In this document: one piece after another, positions 42,586 through 55,443 of the stretch
Position numbering within the stretch: the first letter of the stretch is position 1
Layout of the letters: the number at the start of each line of letters is the position of its first letter
Assembly: GCA_951406725.2 (NCBI GenBank)
Contig: OX597815.1
Span: forward strand, 126,108,001 to 126,172,000
Source of the DNA: Octopus vulgaris
Lineage: Eukaryota
DNA: 64,000 nt
Direction of reading: 5' to 3'
Translations under genes and position numbers: made by a program
Notes under the pieces: generated by a model
The model's input: the letters and a program-made list of their open reading frames with translations, nothing else
Told to the model about the DNA's origin: nothing
The model's database searches: none

Positions 42586-42847
42586 TTAAACTTCTGAGCA
42601 AGAAGTAGTAACAGTGCTACAGAGTAAAATCTATTTGCCAACGTAAGTTGACAGTCCTGATTAGGAAATAACCCAGAAACCATCATCCAAAGGTACTTAA
42701 GGCTGAGTGGAGACATTAGCTCCCTTGTTCGTGGTATAAGGACGCAGCTGTGCGTCGGTAGCCAGTTGGAAATGATGTTTTCCTACGTTGGCAAATAGAT
42801 TTTATTCTGTAGTACTGCTACTACTTACTTCTTGCTCAGAGGTTTAA
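42586..42847. mobile_element. MITE/foldback-like element with ~60-bp imperfect TIRs
   Basis: ttaaacttctgagcaagaagta...aaaatctatttgccaacgta (42586-42645) versus tacgttggcaaatagatttt...tacttcttgctcagaggtttaa (42784-42847). Confidence 0.75.
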
Positions 42848-43434
42848 AACTGCATATGTATATATATATATGTACGTAAATGTAAACAATGCGAATGAGT
42901 ACTCAACACCGTATTGATGAACAAAGATTCTATATTTGTGTATTAAGACTACCATTGGTTTCATGTTAAGGGAATATTTTAATATCTTAACAATTCTTTT
43001 AAGTCGATCACATGGAGGGATAGTATTCGTCTCCATTTTGGATTAAAATCCGAAAAAATATGGGAATTCACGATAAAAACTTGCGAGAAATTTTGGTAAA
43101 CAAAACAAGATATTAAGGGGGACAACACTTGGGCAACAGGTTTTGAGTGATTATCTTCTTTGGGTTTAACTTTTAGGGAAAATTGTGCTGAATGAACTTT
43201 GTATATATTATGTTATATCCTGGGCATATGTAGTATTCGTATGTTTGCGTGTCAGGGAAGTATATCACAAGGGCATGTGTCTTCTGTGCGTAGAGTTCGT
43301 ATGATGTATACATATAATGTTCACGTTCAGATAAAAACTTGTTCTGGTAGGACCGGTGGAGTGGGTGATGGTTCCTCTTTGAGATGCTGGAGTGTAAAAT
43401 AGTGCTTGTGAATGTAGGGAGAGAAAGTTTCATC

Positions 43435-43730
43435 CCTCTTTTGCCGAACCGCCAAGTTACGGGGATGCAAACACAACACCGGTTGTCAAATGATGGTGGT
43501 GTGGGGAGGGACGAACGAATACAGAAAGACACACACATACATAGATATACATTATAATTACGTATATATGTATGACGAGCTTCTTTCAGTTTCCGTTTAC
43601 CAAATCCACCCAGATGACTTCGGTCGGCCCGAGGCTATAGTAGAAAACACTTGCCCCAGGTACCATGCAGAGATATTAAACCCGGAACCATGTGGTCAGG
43701 ATACAAGTTTCTTACCACAGAGCCATGCTT
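43435..43730 (-). mobile_element. Family A SINE
   Basis: ttttgccgaaccgccaagttacgggg (body) and cttctttcagtttccgtttaccaaatccac...ggtcggcccgaggctatagtag (head). Confidence 0.8.
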
Positions 43731-44438
43731 TGATATGCACACACACGTGAGCACACACACACACACACATTGTTAAAGAGGACAACAAACGTTAAGGCAA
43801 GGCAAACATCTCAAATCGTATATATTATTTTAAATGGAAAAAAATTCCGTTACAGCACTTACCCATCGTACCTGATTGTTATGATCACCTGTGAACTAAA
43901 CCCCCATACTTTGTATATATATATAAAGAAACATTGATCATAGAACAAACATCAAATTCGAATCGATGGCTTTATATATAACACCATACCTCCAAACATT
44001 TGATCATATATAAATATTACCATGGTTCTTAAACATATAATATATAAATATACAAAAAAAAAAACAACAGAAGGTAAAAATATATATGCGAATAAAAATA
44101 TAAATATATAGAACGGCTTATCAATGAAGGCTAAAATACAATCGACTAAAAATTATAAAACGTATCATGCTATTAAAAATCTAAATAAACTAAAATAAAA
44201 TATCAATCAACTAAAAAAGTGTTTACTCCCCTAACACAAAAGAGTACGTTCCAAAATGTTCAATTCATTTAACCATGGTAGGTTTGAGTCCAGGAGCAAA
44301 AAGAGTTCCACAAAATCAAATCAAACACACATATGGGTATTTCGGGAGTGAAATCTGCCTCAATTACATTTGAACACTTCCCTTTTGCAGTCCTATAAAC
44401 CCTTTTGTTTCCACAAGCAGACAAAACTTATTTTTGCC

Positions 44439-44498
<60 letters not shown>

Positions 44499-44504
44499 AT
44501 ATAT

Positions 44505-44840
44505 TCGGAGACCCCTTTCGGTCACGACACAGACCATGGAATTGCACCTAGAAAGTTACCCTCCTAGACACAAGTCCGGGCGAGGTTATTTATGGAAGAC
44601 CAGCAGTCGCCCATGCATACCAGCCTCCCCTCTCCACGCCACCAGTGTTATCCAAGGGAAAGACAAAGGACGATACACCTTGGCACCAGTGACGTCGCAA
44701 CTCATTTCTACAGCTGAGTGAACTGGAGCAACGTGAAATAAAGTGCCTTGCTCAAGAACACAACACGCAGCCCGGTCCGGGACTCGAGCTCACAACCTCA
44801 CGATCGTAAGCTCGACGCTCTAATCACTGAGCCATGCGCC

Positions 44841-44843
<3 letters not shown>
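44505..44843 (-). mobile_element. tRNA-derived SINE with a V/Meta-like central domain
   Basis: Minus strand: A box tggctcagtgatt, B-box-like gagctcgagtccc, then gttcttgagcaaggcacttt...ccagttcactcagctgtagaaatgagt. Confidence 0.8.
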
Positions 44844-44886
<43 letters not shown>

Positions 44887-44960
44887 CATATACACATATA
44901 TATATATTTATATATATATATGCATATATATGTGTATATATATGTATATATATATATATG

Positions 44961-45017
<57 letters not shown>

Positions 45018-45071
45018 GTATATATCGATATATATATATATGTATATATGTGTATGTGTGCGTGTGTGTGT

Positions 45072-45235
45072 GGAGGTGCAATGGCCCAGTGGTTAGGGCA
45101 GCGGACTCGCGGTCGTAGGATCGCGGTTTCGATTCTTAGACCGGGTGTTGCGAGTGTTTATTGAGCGAAAACAATGCGAAGCGCATTGTGACCAGCGATG
45201 TGTAGCAACATCTGATAGCCTGGTCGGTCACGTTA
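45072..45235 (+). mobile_element. tRNA-derived SINE, head-to-head with the previous element
   Basis: tggcccagtggttagggcagcggactcgcggtcgtaggatcgcggtttcgattc (A and B boxes, tRNA-like head). Confidence 0.75.
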
Positions 45236-45242
45236 TATGTAA

Positions 45243-45291
<49 letters not shown>

Positions 45292-46399
45292 TGTGTGTGA
45301 GTGTGTACATGTATCTTCGTATATATGAACGTAGCAGTTCAGCAAAAGACCCATTAGCAAAGTACCAATCTTAGAAATGGGTACTAAGGTCGATATTTTA
45401 GGCTAAACTGTTCAGGGCGATGGTTTAATATGATTGCAGTTCAATGACTGAACAAGTAAAAGATGAAAAAGAAGAGATAAAAACGATCGCAAAGTTCCGA
45501 GACACGCACTGATAGGTAACATCCTCGGTCCCCAACACTGTAGAAGATTACTTTATTATTTTGAAAGGAGTCGAATATAAAACAAAAAATAACAGTGATA
45601 TTCAGCTGTTATGTTACTACCGAAGAGCTCATAACAGGATGAAATCACTTAATTTATTAGTGATATAAATACGAGTGCTTTTATGCACAACGACTCTATA
45701 TGAGAGGTTCTTTCTAAGTAAATAATACAGTATTTGATGATTTAACAAAACACCCATGCTAAGTTGGACATAAAGATTTCCATTTATGAAAAGTTATATT
45801 ATTTTAAAAAGAATTTAATTTTTGTATTAGATCACTGTTAGTGTTTATAAGAATCAGAACCATTGTTTCAGTTATCTGTTACAATAGGCTTATAATTAAT
45901 TGATTAACAGGATAGTCTTCTGCGATATCATCACACATTGTCTGCATGGACTTAAACGCGACTAGAACCTGAATAATTTCTTTCTATCCACTGTCATAAA
46001 AAGAGAATTGTAAACAAATTGATTTCTTTGTGAAACTGTAATTCACTAAAGGCCTTTTCAATTATTATACAAATCAGCTGTAAAAGTCCTCCTTCTCCGT
46101 TCATATATTTTTTGACTATTTTCGCAGGAATAATTTAACTAATTTTTGTGTCAAAATTTATGATTTCAAATGTTCCAAATGTAAAAATGCGAAAAAAACT
46201 CAAATGCTATAAAAAAAAGTTATTGTTTTCACATTAAGTTATGAAAGCACTTGGAGATGATTTTAAATGGAGTTTCAAATGAGTAACTGTTCCAGTTTTA
46301 TGCAATTTACAGCTATTTTTAAGCCATAATTTACTGGTGTAATTTAACTTTACGAGGAATTCATTAGATTTTATAGTTTTACTACTTTATTTAGAAAAA

Positions 46400-46810
46400 G
46401 CACATTCTTCTTGCTTTCGTCATTGAACTTCGATCATTCTGGAACACTGCCTCGAAGGGTTTAGTAGAACAAATCAACCGTAGTGCGTATTTTAAAGTCT
46501 GGTGCTCATTCTGTGAGGTCTTTTCCTGAACCGCTAAGTTACGGGAATGTAAGCAAACTAACACTGATTGTAAAGTGGCGGGTGGAGACGAGTGCAAATA
46601 CACACGCACACACGCACATATGCACGCACACACACATATATATGTAAATGTACGACGGACTACCACATTATTTCCGCTTACAAATTCACTCGCACGCTAT
46701 TGGTTGACCCGGGGCTATAGAAGACTCTTGTTCAAGGTGCTCTAAAGGTAGGAGAGAACCCAAAATCACGTTGTGGTTTCAAAGCGAACTCCTGTACCAC
46801 ACAACAAAGC
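46400..46810 (-). mobile_element. Diverged family A SINE
   Basis: gaaccgctaagttacggg (body) and ggttgacccggggctatagaagactcttg (head). Confidence 0.7.
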
Positions 46811-47814
46811 CTGCTGAATTTTAAAATTATTTTTGCTTTCAGTTCAGTTCCTAAATTTGATTTTTTACACTTGTATATTTCATTACTGAGGTTAAAACTG
46901 ATTTTAACAGGCATAATTTATCAACTCGTATTTGTGCCGAAATTTGATGTAGAATACCAGATTTGTAGTTTGTATCATGAAAGTATTTACTGATATGATA
47001 AAAAATATATAAAATGTAATAAGTTGGACGATTGTTTATGCTTTATCTAATCTATGGCTATTATGAAGGATTGATTTACCAAACTAACATCCTATATTTG
47101 TAGGAAAACAAGATTTGAAAGCTATGCTATTCCAACCCAATACTTTAAGTTTATTTTTTTCCCCATCTTTTATACATAATAATTGAAACAGAAGCCTTTG
47201 TAACAGATTATAATTTACGCTCAATTTACAATTGCATTAGTAGTGCTCACTGGAAACTAATGATCCCGAGAAACGCTTGTTATATAAAGTTTCTATATAC
47301 TTCCAGCAATATGTTTGCATGAAATTGTGTGTTGTAAATAGTTCAATCAAATTTTGGAGAGAAAAAAATAACGACAAAACACATGATCTAATTACATGTT
47401 ACGTATATGGGAACTATTGGTGCTATCGATTACTTTAGCTAAACATATTCTTATATATAATCCATATAAGAAGGGAAATAAAGACAAGGACGCTCTTTTT
47501 ACGAACCAGGTGTTCGCTTCTCAACCACAATATTCTGGGTTCTGCATGTCACCTTGAGCAAGTGTCCCCTACTATAGCTTCGGGTCGACCAAAGCCTTGT
47601 GAATGTATCTGGTAAACAAAAACTGAAAGAAGCCCGTAGTATATACATACATACACACATACATACATACATACATACATACATACATACATACATACAT
47701 ACATACATACGTACGTACGTACGTACGTACGTATGTATGTATGTATGTATGTATGTATGTATGTATGTATGTATGTACGTACGTACGCACGCACGTATGT
47801 ATGTATGTATGTTT

Positions 47815-48370
47815 GTGTCAGGTCACTTTCGAGTGCTACTGGTAACATGTAACCCAGTACAACCTGTTGCATGGTCGGGTCGTCGGCGACTAAACCGGCC
47901 ACCCCACCAAGCTTGCTTGGTTAGGAGGGTGTTTATTGGACACCCTGCGGGATGAAAAAGAAAACCCGTCAAAGGGTGGAGGAACTCTTGAGAGTCAACG
48001 GCCATCCAATATATGTCTTAAGGCTGTATCATGCGCGGGGACATAGAAATAATCGTACTGAATACCCGATCAAGCGGTTAAACCTTTGGGAGCGAAGGAC
48101 TCCTAGCCTTTGTTAGGGCATCCTTCTAGGAGAAGGTAACTCTGGTAACTGGGATAACTCCGACATAAATCCTGCGGCTCAGTGGTTACCGATGATGTTG
48201 ACTTGTTCTTCTTTTCGGATTATGGCTGCTGTTGCTTAGTGAGTGGGATTGACTCAGTGCACAGACTTTCCTCACTTAAAAAAAAATCTTCTTGCACAGG
48301 CATTGCACGATAACAACATTGATTTAGCTTCGTGCAATGGCCATACTCGATAACGAGGGGGCAGCCACCA
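47815..48370 (+). mobile_element. Non-coding RTE-derived short element
   Basis: RTE 5'-UTR-like motif ggcatccttctaggagaaggtaactctg; 3' end tggccatactcgataacgagggggcagccacca-(tgta)n resembles the RTE-like end at 39067-39102. Confidence 0.55.
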
Positions 48371-48675
48371 TGTATGTATGTATGTATGTATGTAACCACA
48401 TGTGAATCTTTGGCGATTTTTTCTCCTCCGTCTTCTTTTTCTATTGGACTTTCCTCTCTTTGCTTCCTTGAGCATCTGCTAAGACTTTACTGCTACGTCC
48501 TCTTATTGTTTCTTGTGTTTGTTCTTCGTTTTTTTATTATTTTCTATGTGTACATAAGGATATGGGTATACTATTTTTTATTTATCATGAATGAGAAAAA
48601 AACAAACGGAGAACAGACATATAGACATTAATTTATTAGAACATAATACAATTCTAAACAATAGGAAACTCAATT

Positions 48676-48787
48676 TTACCTACAATTGTTTCCATGCTCA
48701 ATTAAATCAATTTGGGAAATTAAATTAAACTAAATTAAGTTAAATTTCCATATCAAATATCGTTAATTGGGTATCTCACCAGGGGAA
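48676..48787 (-). ncRNA. Degenerate type I hammerhead
   Basis: Minus strand: ttccc-CUGGUGA-long AU-rich stem II (caattaa/ttaattg)-GAAA-caattg-UA-ggtaa; A6 mutated. Confidence 0.45.
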
Positions 48788-49009
48788 GAATTTGATAGAA
48801 AGGAGCTACATTCCGATGTGTTGTTTGACCCTTGATAGACTCAGATATGTGCGTTTCAGCAACTAGTGTATTTTTAAAAAACCGTTACTTATGTATATGT
48901 AAATGCAAACTTGTTTAATGCATTTGTGCGCGTGCGTGTGTAATGTTTTGCAAAAACAAAAACAAAATATCTGTTAGTTAGCTTAAACGATATTTCGATA
49001 CGATTACTT

Positions 49010-49051
<42 letters not shown>

Positions 49052-50099
49052 TGTATTTATGTATGCCTAAGTGAGTGTGCCTTTGTGTTTGTATTTGTCC
49101 CCATCACCACTCAACAACCATGTTGGTTGGTTTCGCCACCGTAACTTAGCGGTTCGGAAAAAAACCCCGACAGAATAAGTACTAAGTTTAAAAGAGAATA
49201 TTGGGGGTCGACTTGCTCGACTAAACTCTTTAATTTGATACCACAGTATGGCTGCCGTTCAATGACTGAAACAAGTAAAAGATAACTGATAAAAGATCCA
49301 TTTTTGTCTTAACCTACATAAAAATCAAAAATTCTCTTATAGAAAGCTAGTAACTTCAGTTTTCAACATATGCGATTGCTATTGTTAATCCTTTAAATTA
49401 ATATCTCGGGATGAAGCTGAAAATTCGTCATAATTATTTTATTTAAGTAATTATTTTATTAAAGTAATTTTTGTACGATAATAATGTTTGAATATAATTA
49501 CCCAAATTATAGTTACTGTTGTTACTGTTATTGGAGGTGATGGTGGTGTCGTTGTTTGTTCGGTTTATACTTTTTTTATTAGTTTCAATGCTTTGTTGTT
49601 TCCCGTTATGTAATTCTAAGTGTTTACGCTTAAAGTGTTCTCTGTTCACTTTACACCCTACATGTTTTGAAGTCTGTTTTCATATTTTAAAATAATTGGT
49701 CGGGGGCGTATTTGTTTACGTCATAGAAGCTACAACAACGGCGACATTTGTGGGCATATATTCCTCCTACCTCTGAACATATTTTGAAACAGGAATAGCA
49801 ACTATACAAATGGTTGTTGTATAAAATATAGTAGATATATCAGTAAAAGTGTTTCGACAGATATTTCTTTCAATTCTAGAGTAACAGAATGAACGTTCAA
49901 ATATTCCCAAGCTTATCGCAGTAAAACGAACCGAAAACTTACCTTTTTATTTTCAAATAATCCTAAATGAAAACTCTAAACTGCGTTCACGATCATGAGA
50001 AGCAACAACAATAAATATGTATTGCTTTTTCGTACAACATATCATGATGCACCTAGTCTCATCATTAATGAAATTAACTGGGACATTAGGTATTTCAGA

Positions 50100-50560
50100 T
50101 CTTTTAACAAACAGACACCGTTACCCATGATTTCAGGATCCCCAGTACTTACAAGATCCTATTATCGATTGATTGAATCATCAACTATATCCACTGGACA
50201 ATACACCAAAACGTTTTGTAAAAGAAACATAGGAAATGGTAGAAACATTTATGAAACAAGGAGCAAGACAACGACCTGACAACAACTAAACCAGCCAGAT
50301 GCAACAACCAATGATTGGGGTAGAAATAACTGTATGCTTATGGATATCACGATCTGTTTTAACCAAAATAATGCTCGAAATGAAATGGAGAACTTGTCAA
50401 AATATAAAGTATTGTAATAAACAGGGCGTGTGACCTGGAAATAGAAAGAGCACCAGTATTAATGCACTGGGTATGATAAAAAATGTATTAATATAAAAAT
50501 CTTATAAGCCATACCAGAGATCATAAAGTTACACAGTCCAAAATGTGACTAGTTACAACG
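50100..50560 (+). mobile_element. Decayed RLE-type (R4/CRE/NeSL-like) LINE C-terminus
   Basis: MISGSPVLTRSYY, a PD-like motif, LMDITI, NLSKYK, PVLM.ALG.IK resemble HIISGCPVL...PDI...LID...KLSKYK...PVVIGALG. Confidence 0.55.
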
Positions 50561-50737
50561 CCAAAACTCAGATTAATATCACAAATCAAATAATAAATTT
50601 TCTATACACAACACATACCACACACACACAGACGCACGAGCACACACATTTTCTTTCTGGAGCAAATATATACTCTCTGAGCGCAAAACACAGCTTTTCT
50701 CTAGCTCTTTCCTCCACCGATATATAGGATATATATT

Positions 50738-50779
<42 letters not shown>

Positions 50780-50838
50780 CCTATCTCCTATGTATATATA
50801 TATATATATATATACCCCTATCTCCTATGTATACACAC

Positions 50839-50878
<40 letters not shown>

Positions 50879-51291
50879 ACATATTATATTCGTATCTCTC
50901 TTCTTTTTCTCCGGTGCTACTTTATTCTTTCTATTCGCTTATCCCTTAATTATGCTTCGCTGTTTTCACATTGCTTTTACTCTAAATTTCATTAACGTAA
51001 TAATTCTTCGCTCAACCACGAAATTAATATTAATGTATAAAACTCTGGCTTTGATCAGCCCTTTATAACTCTCTGCATCAACCAACTTGTAAATATAATA
51101 ACCACAGTTGTTTGGATATGAGGAAGCGTGAAACGTGAAATAAACATTTCAATTCCTTCAGTTAATACTCTCATTATATCTACTTTATGTCTTGAGTACT
51201 TTTTCTAAGCTTGCATGCACATTGATGCACATACATAACTACAAATGCACACATACATTTATATGAGTGCATATATTGTTTGTATGTATGC

Positions 51292-51326
<35 letters not shown>

Positions 51327-51920
51327 CATACATTTGTAGTGGATGCGTGGATGTATTAATAAATACATAAGTGTTTTGTAATAAATTAAAGATTTATTTT
51401 CACTACATCAATTTGTAAGCAATGCTACACATCGCTTGTACAAAATGCATATTAAATAGTGGTTGCAAATAATACATATTAAAGGAATGCATAATACATG
51501 ATACACATTAAAGCAGAATATGTTTGATGGTGTGTGTGTGTGTGTGTGTGTAAATCATGCAGGACAGAGTCACCTTTCTGAATATTCTTTCGTCGTCCTC
51601 ATAAATGCGTGGCGTTCTCTTAAGCGTTGGTTCGGGTTCTCTGCAGATACCTATTTCTCCGTTCTATTTATAACATCTCAAATAGCCAGAAAAATAGATA
51701 TACCGCAAGAGTGTTATCGCGTACAGTAGGTCGCTGGTCGTCCTGTTAAACTTCGTCTGACCTGCTCGGGTCAGAGGTCGAAGGGAGACGATCCATCATT
51801 TTTTGTCAGAACAAAGAGATTCTGATTTCGCGCCTTTTTGTGCATTGGTATTTTACGACCAATGATTCTTGGGTCTGATTTCGAATCCAAGCTTCGAGAA
51901 GGAAGTGCTAATTCTTACAC

Positions 51921-52692
51921 ATTTATAAAAATAGGGTAAAGTAAAATAGTTTACTTTACTACACACTGAGCTTTTTAGAAATAGCAGCCAAAAATTTGGC
52001 TATTCCTTCAACTGCAAGAAAAAGTCTCCCAGACAATGCATACTCAGAAATAACTCACATAGGTATAAGGGAAAAATAACGAAAGATCACATCCATATAA
52101 GATACCCGAGGACATATAAGATACCTGTTTCTGGATTCGTGGGTTAAACGCCAACATTTCCTTCATCAGCTCAGAGATTTCTTCTGATTTAGATTTGAAA
52201 GTACTAAGAATCAAACATACCCGTCCGATATATGTAACATCGGACAAACCATGCCAGACCACCAGTACTAGCGAATCCAAAAATACAAATGAGATCTATT
52301 ATTCTCCCTATCCACCCACGTGAGTCAAAGAGTAGTACATTTCTACAGAGGCAAAACTGTAGTTCAAATTCTTGGGGAGAAAGCATTATATTGTCAATAA
52401 AAAAGGGTAGAATTAATTAATTATTAATTAATTCGACCGAGCAGTGTTCGGTATGTAAAAAGACCATTTACGGTATATTTGAAATATTAATTTATAAATA
52501 TAGGGTAAAGTAAAATAATTTACTTTACCACACACCGAGCTTTTTGGAAATAGCAGCCAAAAATTTGGCTATTCCTTCAACTGCAAGAAAAAGTCTCCCA
52601 GACAATGCATACTCAGAAATAACTCACATAGGTATAAGGGAAAAATAACGAAAGATCACATCCATATAAGATACCCGAGGACAGCCTGTTTC
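51921..52692 (-). mobile_element. Head-to-tail partial tandem (569-bp period) HHR-bearing element, PLE pLTR- or retrozyme-like
   Basis: ~190-bp direct repeats at 51921-52114 and 52490-52683; HHR at 52105-52176(-). Confidence 0.75.
52105..52176 (-). ncRNA. Type I hammerhead with an altered stem III
   Basis: ctgag-CUGAUGA-a-gga...tcc-a-GAAA-ca...tg-UC-ctcgg; predicted cleavage after position 52111. Confidence 0.55.
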
Positions 52693-52750
52693 TATTTATT
52701 TGCTTGTTGTTGATACACCAGTCTTCGTCTTTTGTTTTTCTATCAATTTC

Positions 52751-52788
<38 letters not shown>

Positions 52789-52949
52789 TACTAATAACCA
52801 CTATAAGCTGTAGTGGAGAACAGTTCACACGTGTGATGAGGCTGACCAAAGGATTTTATATTTAGATATATCTGGGGTACTTATATGTACTCATGATTTT
52901 CGCTGCGGCTGTCTTCCATGGGCGCATGTAAGTATTTCATTTATGTATT

Positions 52950-53025
52950 TTCGTATTTTCTACTGAAGAGGAAAAAATCCATTATGAGATTATTTCCGAA
53001 ATTGATTCAATATAGAAATAACGAA
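52950..53025 (+). ncRNA. Canonical type I hammerhead ribozyme
   Basis: Stem I tttcta/tagaaa (extended by ttcgt/acgaa), CUGAAGA at 52963-69, stem II ggaaa/tttcc, GAAA at 52998-53001, stem III ttga/tcaa, AUA cleavage after 53012. Confidence 0.8.
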
Positions 53026-53165
53026 CTTTTAAAAAAAGTTCTATTGGCTAACTTTCCCCGATTTCAGCTCTACGTGTTTTTTGTAGCGAGTAAATAAAAT
53101 GTGGAAATTGACGATTATCAGCATATTGGCATAGAAATAATTTTCTTTAGCCCTTGTTTATAAGT

Positions 53166-53236
<71 letters not shown>

Positions 53237-53238
<2 letters not shown>

Positions 53239-53567
53239 TTTACTTGTTTCAGTCATTTTACTGTGGTCATGCCGCAGTCAAATCGACCCCCTGGACTTAT
53301 TATTTGTAAGCTCGGTGCTTATTCTATCGGTCTCTTCTGCCGAATTGCTAAGTTACGGGTACGTAAACACACTAACATCGGTTGACAAGCGATGGTTGTG
53401 GGGTGGGGAGGGAGACAACCACAGACACAAACACACGCACACATATATGTTGAAAAGCGTAGGCTCGAAACGTAAAAGACTTTCTCACCTTCCCAAGCGT
53501 CAAACTAATACACCTGCTTGTTGTTTATGCACCTGTCTTCGTCTTTTGCTTTTCTCTAAATTTCAAC

Positions 53568-53627
<60 letters not shown>

Positions 53628-53812
53628 CATATACATATATGTGTATATATATACGACGGGCTTCTTTCAGTTTCCGTTTACCAAATCCATCACTAGGTTC
53701 TGGTCGGCCCAAGGCTTATACTAGAAAACATCTGCCCAAGGTGCCACGCAGTGGGACTGAACCCGGAGACGTGGTTGGGAAACAAGCTTCTTACCACAGA
53801 GCCACACCTACG
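53237..53812 (-). mobile_element. Family A SINE with a nested family G fragment (53447-53570)
   Basis: Tail cttttacttgtttcagtcattt; body; head gacgggcttctttcag...aagcttcttaccacagagccacacc. Confidence 0.85.
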
Positions 53813-53833
53813 CCTGTCTGTCTGTCTATCTGT

Positions 53834-53902
53834 CTGTCTGTCTGTCTGCCTGTCTACCATAGAACGTACTTACCGATGTACTTATATCTCTCTTCTCAAT
53901 CA

Positions 53903-53964
<62 letters not shown>

Positions 53965-54033
53965 TGATTGAGAAGAGAGATATAAGTACATCGGTAAGTA
54001 CGTTCTATGGTAGACAGGCAGACAGACAGACAG
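53834..54033. repeat. Perfect ~200-bp palindrome centred on (TA)n
   Basis: tgtctaccatagaacgtacttaccgatgtacttatatctctcttctcaatcactctgtg-(ta)n-exact reverse complement. Confidence 0.92.
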
Positions 54034-55159
54034 CCAGATAGACAGACAGACAGACATACATACAGACAGACAGATAGATAGATAGATAGATTGATAGATA
54101 GATAGATAGTGTAGCATACCAGTGCTGTTAAAAATGATATAAAATTGATGTCTTGTTAAATCCTTGTTATTAGATTTTTTTTCTGAAACGGTACATTTAA
54201 AATATACTGTTGTAAATTGCAAAATAAAGTATGAGGAATATTTGTGCCGTTAGTTATCCATCGACTGCCATTTAACTTTTACACATATCCATATGTGTAA
54301 ATATATAAATATATAAATACGTGTAATATTTACTTACATATACACATATCTACAAACATACATACTTATCTAGGTATGTATATGTATAATATATAAGCAT
54401 ACTAACGCAGGCGACCTTAAATCTTTAGTACAAATCTTGATAAAATTTGAATTGACATTTATATCTACGTTCGTGTTGCGAACTAATTCTTCGGATACAG
54501 AACGGAAAGATTTTTAATTGACCATGGCATTATTTTATTTACTAAAAAGCACTTCACAAGCACTTCCAAAACGCAGAGAGAGAGAGAGGGAGGCAGAGAA
54601 AGAAGCACATAAGGAAATATGTGAACCAGAGAGGGAGTCATGTTGTAAACTTTACTACGGACTCCTGCATTTCCTTCTATCCGGCCCGTTCCTTATTTAA
54701 ACTTATCTTAAACTTTCCACTGTCTACTCGCTCTCTCTCTTTCCCTTTCTCTCTGTCTGTCTGTTTCTCTCTTTCACTTTCTCTTTCGCTGTCTTTCTCT
54801 CTCTCTCTCTCCCTCTCTCTCTCTCCCCCCTCTCTCTCTCACACGAGCGCCCGCGCCCGGACACACTTAAAAAAACCCATTTATTTTATTCTCCATTCTT
54901 ACTCACTGTGAGAATTGGAATATAATTCTAATTCTCCTAGTTTTTACGCAGTATCTCTCACGAGTTTTTCCTTGTTATAGTTGCTGTTGTTGTTGTGCTT
55001 CTTCTTCTTCTCCTTCTTCTTCTTCTTCTTCTTCTTCTTCTTCTTCTTCCTCGTTCTGTCTCTTTCTTATTATTCTGCAGGACGCTACGTTCTCTCATTC
55101 TTATTCTCTCTTTCTTCTTCTCCCCTCCCTCCCCCTCTCTGTATATATATATATATGTA

Positions 55160-55198
<39 letters not shown>

Positions 55199-55211
55199 AT
55201 ATATAAGCATA

Positions 55212-55255
<44 letters not shown>

Positions 55256-55443
55256 TAGTTGAATGAATTATCCTAGTATGGATAATTCGGTTAACCGATA
55301 CCCGGGTAGCAAATTCACTTCAGAAAACACGGTTGAAGCTACATGCCAAGGGCAGAGATCACGTGCTTTCGTGTGGAAATTTGTGTGTTTTTTTTTTACT
55401 ATAAATAAATGAAAGAATGGAGTTGAACGACGATTTAACAAAA

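Larger units (their letters stand above)
47510..49295 (+). mobile_element. Family A SINE expanded by nested insertions in its internal microsatellite
   Basis: Head at 47510-47640 (ccttgagcaagtgtc...gaaagaagcccgt); body and tail at 49080-49295. Confidence 0.65.

Noticed and set aside
45072-45145. tRNA gene
   Set aside because: Acceptor stem does not pair and the sequence continues into a SINE body.
49935-49980. 20-nt minus-strand micro-exon (ttttcatttag|...aag|gtaagt)
   Set aside because: Such splice-like pairs arise by chance in AT-rich DNA; no supporting gene context.
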